NCBI GenBank assembly: GCA_965140785.1
Contig: OZ223519.1
Location: forward strand, 192,001 to 256,000
DNA length: 64,000 nt
Reading direction: 5' to 3'
Source of the DNA: an uncultured Ruficoccus sp.
GTDB lineage: Bacteria > Verrucomicrobiota > Verrucomicrobiia > Opitutales > Cerasicoccaceae
Program-made: the position numbers and the translations under genes
In this document: positions 59,689 through 64,000 of the stretch, in pieces
Layout: each line of letters opens with the position of its first letter
Numbering within the stretch: position 1 is the first letter of the stretch
The notes under the pieces: model-generated
The model's input: the letters and a program-made list of their open reading frames with translations, nothing else
Databases searched by the model: none
Told to the model about the DNA's origin: nothing

Positions 59689-60417
59689 ATGAGTAAGACA
59701 TCCATGCAAGACCGTGTCGTTGTGATCACCGGTGCCGCCGGCGGCTTCGGCCAGGCCCTGGTCAAAGCCCTCGCCCCGCAGGGCACCCGCCTCGCGCTGG
59801 CCGACCTCTCCGAGGAGGCCCTCGGCGAACTCTCGGCCCAGGCCACGAAACTTGGCGCGGCCGAGGTGTTGACCGGCGTGGTCGATGTGACCGAGGAGGC
59901 CAGCGTGGCCGCGTTTTTCACCCAGGTGAAAGACAAATACGGCCGGGCCGACGTGCTGGTCAACCTGCCGGGCATGTCCATCGCCGCGCCTGTGGCGGAG
60001 ATGCCGGTCGAGTCCTACGACAAGATCATCGACGTTAACCTGAAAGGCCTCTTCCTCGCGGCCAAGCACTTCATCCCGCTGGCGCAGGCGGAGCACTCCC
60101 CGCTGATCACCTACATCAGCTCGCAGGCCGCCACCCGGCCCAACCCGAACGCGCCCGTTTACTGCGCGGCCAAGGCCGCCGTCTCGGTCTTCGGTCAGGG
60201 GCTCGCCCTCCAGCTCATGAAGCAGGACATCCGCGTGACCGCGATCAAGCCCGGCCCGGTCAACACCCAGGGCTTCTGGGGCGACCGCCCGGTGCCGCGC
60301 GAGAAGTTCATGCAGACCGACGATGTGGCCGAGGTGATTAACTTTGTGCTGACCCTGCCCGAGCACCTCGTGATGCACGAGGTCAGTTTCGAGTCCTTCG
60401 CCTTCTTCAAGAAGTAG
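59689..60417 (+). CDS. SDR family oxidoreductase
   Basis: VVITGAAGGFG, DVNLKG, YCAAK (YxxxK), PGPVNT. Confidence 0.92.
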   Translation: MSKTSMQDRVVVITGAAGGFGQALVKALAPQGTRLALADLSEEALGELSAQATKLGAAEVLTGVVDVTEEASVAAFFTQVKDKYGRADVLVNLPGMSIAAPVAEMPVESYDKIIDVNLKGLFLAAKHFIPLAQAEHSPLITYISSQAATRPNPNAPVYCAAKAAVSVFGQGLALQLMKQDIRVTAIKPGPVNTQGFWGDRPVPREKFMQTDDVAEVINFVLTLPEHLVMHEVSFESFAFFKK

Positions 60418-60460
60418 GGGCGGGGGCGAAAGCGATTTCCTTTTTTGCCAGGAGCAAACC

Positions 60461-61483
60461 ATGATAGCAGCCTATTACGAGGGTAACAAAACCATGCGCG
60501 TGGGGGAGGGGGCCGTCGTGGCTCCCGGCCCCGGTGAAGTCCGCCTTGATGTCGCCTACTGCGGTATTTGCGGGACGGATACACATATCTACCACGGGGC
60601 GATGGACAAGCGGGTGAAAATGCCGCAGGTCATCGGGCACGAAGCTTCCGCCATCGTGGCCGAAGTGGGCGAGGGTGTGACGGACTTCCGGCCCGGAGAC
60701 GCCGTCGTCGTGCGCCCGCTGGACAACCGCGCAGAGACGCCCGCTGACCGTGGCTACAGCCACATTTGCAAAGATTTGAAATTTATCGGTATCGACTCGC
60801 CCGGCGCTTTTCAGAACTCCTGGACCGTCCCGGCCTTTACCCTGCACAAGGCGCCCGCCGGGACCGATCTGAAGCTGGCCGCCATGTGCGAGCCGCTCGC
60901 GGTGGCCTGCCACGACGTGCGCCTGGGCGAGGTCAAGCCGGGCGAGGTCGCCGTCGTCATGGGCGGCGGTCCCATCGGGATGCTCGTTGCACTGGTGGCC
61001 CGCGAGGCCGGGGCGCAGGTCATCCTCTCCGAGGTCAATCCCTTCCGCTTGAAGTTTGCTCGCGAACTGGGCATCGAGGCGGTGCATCCGGGCGAGACCG
61101 ACCTGGCCGCCCTCTGCGCGGAGAAGTCCGGCGGCAGCGGCGCGGACGTGGTCTTCGAAGTCTCCGGGGCCAAGGCCGCGGCGGCCTCCATGACCGACCT
61201 GCTCGCTATCCGCGGGCGTCTCGTCATCGTCGCCATTTACCCGCAACCGGTGGAGATTAATCTCTTCCACTTTTTCTGGAAGGAAATCCAGATGCGCGGC
61301 GCGCGCGTGTACGAGCCCGAAGACTACGAGAAGGCTCTCCGCCTCATCGCCGCGCAGGCGCTCCCGCTGGAGAAGCTCATCACCTTCGTCAAGCCGCTGG
61401 CCGAGCTGCCGCAGGCCTTCCGCGAACTGGACGAGAACCCGAACGCGATGAAGGTGTTGATCGATTGCCGCGCCGAGGCTTAA
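60461..61483 (+). CDS. Zn-dependent (MDR) sugar-acid dehydrogenase
   Basis: CGICGTDTH, IGHEAS, EPLAVACH, VMGGGPIG, GADVVFEVSG. Confidence 0.9.
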   Translation: MIAAYYEGNKTMRVGEGAVVAPGPGEVRLDVAYCGICGTDTHIYHGAMDKRVKMPQVIGHEASAIVAEVGEGVTDFRPGDAVVVRPLDNRAETPADRGYSHICKDLKFIGIDSPGAFQNSWTVPAFTLHKAPAGTDLKLAAMCEPLAVACHDVRLGEVKPGEVAVVMGGGPIGMLVALVAREAGAQVILSEVNPFRLKFARELGIEAVHPGETDLAALCAEKSGGSGADVVFEVSGAKAAAASMTDLLAIRGRLVIVAIYPQPVEINLFHFFWKEIQMRGARVYEPEDYEKALRLIAAQALPLEKLITFVKPLAELPQAFRELDENPNAMKVLIDCRAEA

Positions 61484-61501
61484 CCTCTACTCCCGTTTCC
61501 C

Positions 61502-62272
61502 ATGTCTATTGAAAAAATGTTTCGTCTGGACGGCAAGACCGCCCTCGTCACCGGCTGCAAACGCGGCATCGGCAAGGCCATCGCCGAAGGGCTGGCCGAG
61601 GCCGGGGCCGACATCATCGGCGTGAGCGCCTCGCTCGAGCCAACCGGCTCGGCGGTGGAGAAATCCGTCACCGAGATCGGAAGGAAGTTCAGCGGCTACG
61701 CGGCGGACTTCTCCGAGCGCAAGGCACTGTATTCATTTATTGATACGGTCAAAAAAGATCACCCGAAGATCGACATACTCGTCAACAACGCCGGGACGAT
61801 CCTGCGCAAGCCCGCCGCCGAGCACCCGGACGAGTACTGGGACAAGGTGATCGAGATCAACCTCAACGCGCAGTTCGTGCTCAGCCGCGAGATCGGCAAA
61901 GACATGGTGGCGCGTGGGAGCGGGAAGATCATTTTTACCGCCTCGCTGCTGACCTTCCAGGGGGGGATCACCGTGCCCGGCTATGCCGCCAGCAAGGGCG
62001 GGATCGGCCAACTGACCAAGGCCCTGGCCAACGAGTGGTCCGGCAAGGGCGTCAACGTCAACGCCATCGCCCCCGGCTACATCGCCACGGACAACACTGA
62101 GGCCTTGCGTAACGACCCGGTCCGCTCCGAGCAGATCCTGGCCCGCATCCCGGCTGGGCGCTGGGGTACGCCGGAGGATTTTAAAGGCCCGGCGATCTTT
62201 CTCGCCTCCGAGGCGGCCTCCTATGTCCACGGCGAGATCCTGACCGTTGATGGCGGCTGGATGGGCCGCTAG
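61502..62272 (+). CDS. kduD: 2-dehydro-3-deoxy-D-gluconate 5-dehydrogenase
   Basis: ALVTGCKRGIG, ASLLTFQGGITVPGYAASKGG, ALANEW, APGYIATDNTEALR, RIPAGRWG, VDGGWMGR. Confidence 0.9.
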   Translation: MSIEKMFRLDGKTALVTGCKRGIGKAIAEGLAEAGADIIGVSASLEPTGSAVEKSVTEIGRKFSGYAADFSERKALYSFIDTVKKDHPKIDILVNNAGTILRKPAAEHPDEYWDKVIEINLNAQFVLSREIGKDMVARGSGKIIFTASLLTFQGGITVPGYAASKGGIGQLTKALANEWSGKGVNVNAIAPGYIATDNTEALRNDPVRSEQILARIPAGRWGTPEDFKGPAIFLASEAASYVHGEILTVDGGWMGR

Positions 62273-62369
62273 TCGCCGTAGCATCGTCTTGGACCCGTGA
62301 TCCTTGGGATCACAGCTGCCACCGCCAAGGCGCTGGTATGATTTCCGCCATAGGAAGTACGCTGAGTGG

Positions 62370-62588
62370 CTATCGCTCAGATGAGCGATTTGTATGAGGG
62401 TTGCGGTTGAGAACCACACAGCGGCTGGCGCACAGGACCAGCCGTTTCCTTGTGGACTGCATTTGCAACTGGCGTGGGTCGGCGACGCCTTGAATCCGGT
62501 GAGGTGTTGGGTGGGGCGGATAGTTTTGCAAAGCGGGCTTGTCGCTCGGCAAGTGAAAGAAGACGAGCTTGCGTAGGAGGGCGTTCAT
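62370..62588 (-). CDS. Possible small protein (72 aa) divergent from the MocR regulator
   Basis: MNALLRKLVFFHLP...; fills the gap and is the only candidate target of the divergent regulator; no family recognised. Confidence 0.35.
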   Translation of the reverse strand: MNALLRKLVFFHLPSDKPALQNYPPHPTPHRIQGVADPRQLQMQSTRKRLVLCASRCVVLNRNPHTNRSSER

Positions 62589-62642
62589 GGTGGGAGAGTA
62601 TGGCATAACTACCCAGCGGTGAAACAGAGGCAGGGGCGGGGA

Positions 62643-62716
62643 ATATCGACCGGTACAGATGGGTAGAATGCATCTGTGCTGGTCGAATATTGAGAAAACT
62701 GTATCTGTACCTGTCT
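62643..62716. promoter_or_regulatory. Putative MocR operator (inverted plus direct repeats)
   Basis: CGACCGGTACAGATG-N9-CATCTGTGCTGGTCG followed by CTGTATCTGTACCTGTCT. Confidence 0.6.
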
Positions 62717-62740
62717 GGGAAATCTGCTAGAGTACTTCCC

Positions 62741-64000
62741 ATGTCGACTGAGACAGCCAGCGGGGAATACCTGTACGAGCGCATCGCCCGGCAGCTGGAT
62801 GTGCAGATCCAGGAGGGCGTTTTCCGGGTCGGGGAGCGCTTGCCGTCGGTGCGCCAACTGTGCGCGAGCGAGCGGGTCAGTCCGGCCAGTGCCATGCAGG
62901 CACTCTCCCTGCTGGAATCGCGTGGGCTGATCGAAGCCCGGCCCAAGTCCGGCTTTTTCGTGCGCAACCGGCGGGCGGACGCCGCACCGAGCCCGAAACC
63001 GACCAGCTGCAAACTCGAGCCGCACATCGTCGGCGTCTCCGGGGTGGTGGCACAGGTGTTTTATCAGGCCGGGGACGACAAGATGGTGCCGCTCGGGGCG
63101 GCCCTTCCGGACCCGCGCCTACTGCCTAACGAACGCCTCTCGCGCTGCCTGGCCCAGCTCGCTCGTTCCGAGCCCGAGTGCCTGGGACGCTACGACATTC
63201 AGGCGGCCCACCCGGAACTACTACGGCAGTTGGTGCGGCGGTTTGCCTCCTATGGCTGCCACGTCCCGCAAGAGGAGATCGTGGTGACTTTCGGGGCGAT
63301 GGAGGCGCTGAACCTGGCCATCCGGGCGGTGACGCGGCCCGGCGATATCGTGGCAGTCGAGTCGCCCTGCTATTTCGGCATCCTCGAGATTCTGGAAAGC
63401 CTCGGCCTGCGCGCCCTGCCGGTGCCCGGCACCTGCGAGGAGGGCATCGATCTGGGCCTGCTGGAGGACGCGATTGAGCGCCACCGGGTCAAGGCTCTCG
63501 TGCTGGTGCCCAGCTTCAACAATCCGAACGGAAGCTGCATGAGTGACGCCCACCGGGAGCGCTTGATAAACCTGCTGGCCGACCACGCGATCCCGCTGGT
63601 GGAGGACGATATTTACGGAGATATCCACTTCGGCCCCGAGCGACCGCGCCCGGTCAAGGCGCTCGACCGCGACGGGCTGGTCCTGTACTGCGGGTCCTTC
63701 TCCAAGACCCTCTCGCCCGGCCTGCGGGTAGGATGGGTGGCGGGGGGCCGTTACGCCGAGCAGGTGCAGCGGCTCAAGTACATCTCGACCATCACCACGC
63801 CGAGCATCAACCAACTCGCCATTGCGCGCTTTCTGGAGTCGGCGGCGATGGACCGGCACCTGCGCACGCTGCGGCAGGCCTTCCGCACGCAGGTGGCGCA
63901 GGTCAGCGAGGCGGTGCTGGAGTCGTTCCCGGCCGGGACGGCGCTCAGCCAGCCGGCGGGCGGCTTTTATCTGTGGGTGCAGTTGCCCGAGCGCGTGGAC
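62741..64000 (+). CDS. MocR/GabR family regulator (GntR wHTH plus PLP aminotransferase-like domain), runs off the window
   Basis: Not in the ORF track. Manual translation: MSTETASGEYLYERIARQL...GERLPSVRQLC...IEARPKSGFFV; later VESPCYFG, FNNPNG, VEDDIYG, GSFSKTLSPGLRVGW. Confidence 0.95.
   Translation, partial: MSTETASGEYLYERIARQLDVQIQEGVFRVGERLPSVRQLCASERVSPASAMQALSLLESRGLIEARPKSGFFVRNRRADAAPSPKPTSCKLEPHIVGVSGVVAQVFYQAGDDKMVPLGAALPDPRLLPNERLSRCLAQLARSEPECLGRYDIQAAHPELLRQLVRRFASYGCHVPQEEIVVTFGAMEALNLAIRAVTRPGDIVAVESPCYFGILEILESLGLRALPVPGTCEEGIDLGLLEDAIERHRVKALVLVPSFNNPNGSCMSDAHRERLINLLADHAIPLVEDDIYGDIHFGPERPRPVKALDRDGLVLYCGSFSKTLSPGLRVGWVAGGRYAEQVQRLKYISTITTPSINQLAIARFLESAAMDRHLRTLRQAFRTQVAQVSEAVLESFPAGTALSQPAGGFYLWVQLPERVD

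Overview
High-GC bacterial DNA. Two PEP-CTERM proteins, a giant GspK/PilX-like protein and many AraC/LacI regulators point to Verrucomicrobiota, probably Opitutia (inference). Positions 1-12.8 kb hold mostly housekeeping genes (thyA, ybaB-recR, mdh, DAHP synthase, ygfZ, HU, galK) interspersed with GTAG-type multi-hairpin repeats. Positions 12.9-33 kb hold a C-terminally extended GH4 alpha-galactosidase, a split hybrid sensor kinase, an unusual sugar ABC importer (binding protein fused to one permease; GH42-like helical repeats inserted in the other), malonyl-CoA decarboxylase, a mannosylfructose-type synthase next to a phosphatase-GH100 fusion, and thuA plus a Gfo/Idh/MocA oxidoreductase. Positions 33-62 kb form a SusC/SusD-less utilisation region for a sulfated/uronic polysaccharide: GH3, sulfatase, heparinase II/III-like lyase, GH88/105, BNR protein, GPH transporter, RraA-type aldolase and several dehydrogenases including kduD. 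The main hand-found signal is a ~42-bp operator-promoter motif (TCAAnAnAGTGnAAG-N5-TCA...ATAGAC) upstream of four transcription units. A partial copy lies upstream of the 1180-aa pilin-like gene, suggesting that gene belongs to the glycan regulon. The window ends inside a MocR-family regulator. All family assignments come from motifs recognised by eye; no database searches were run.
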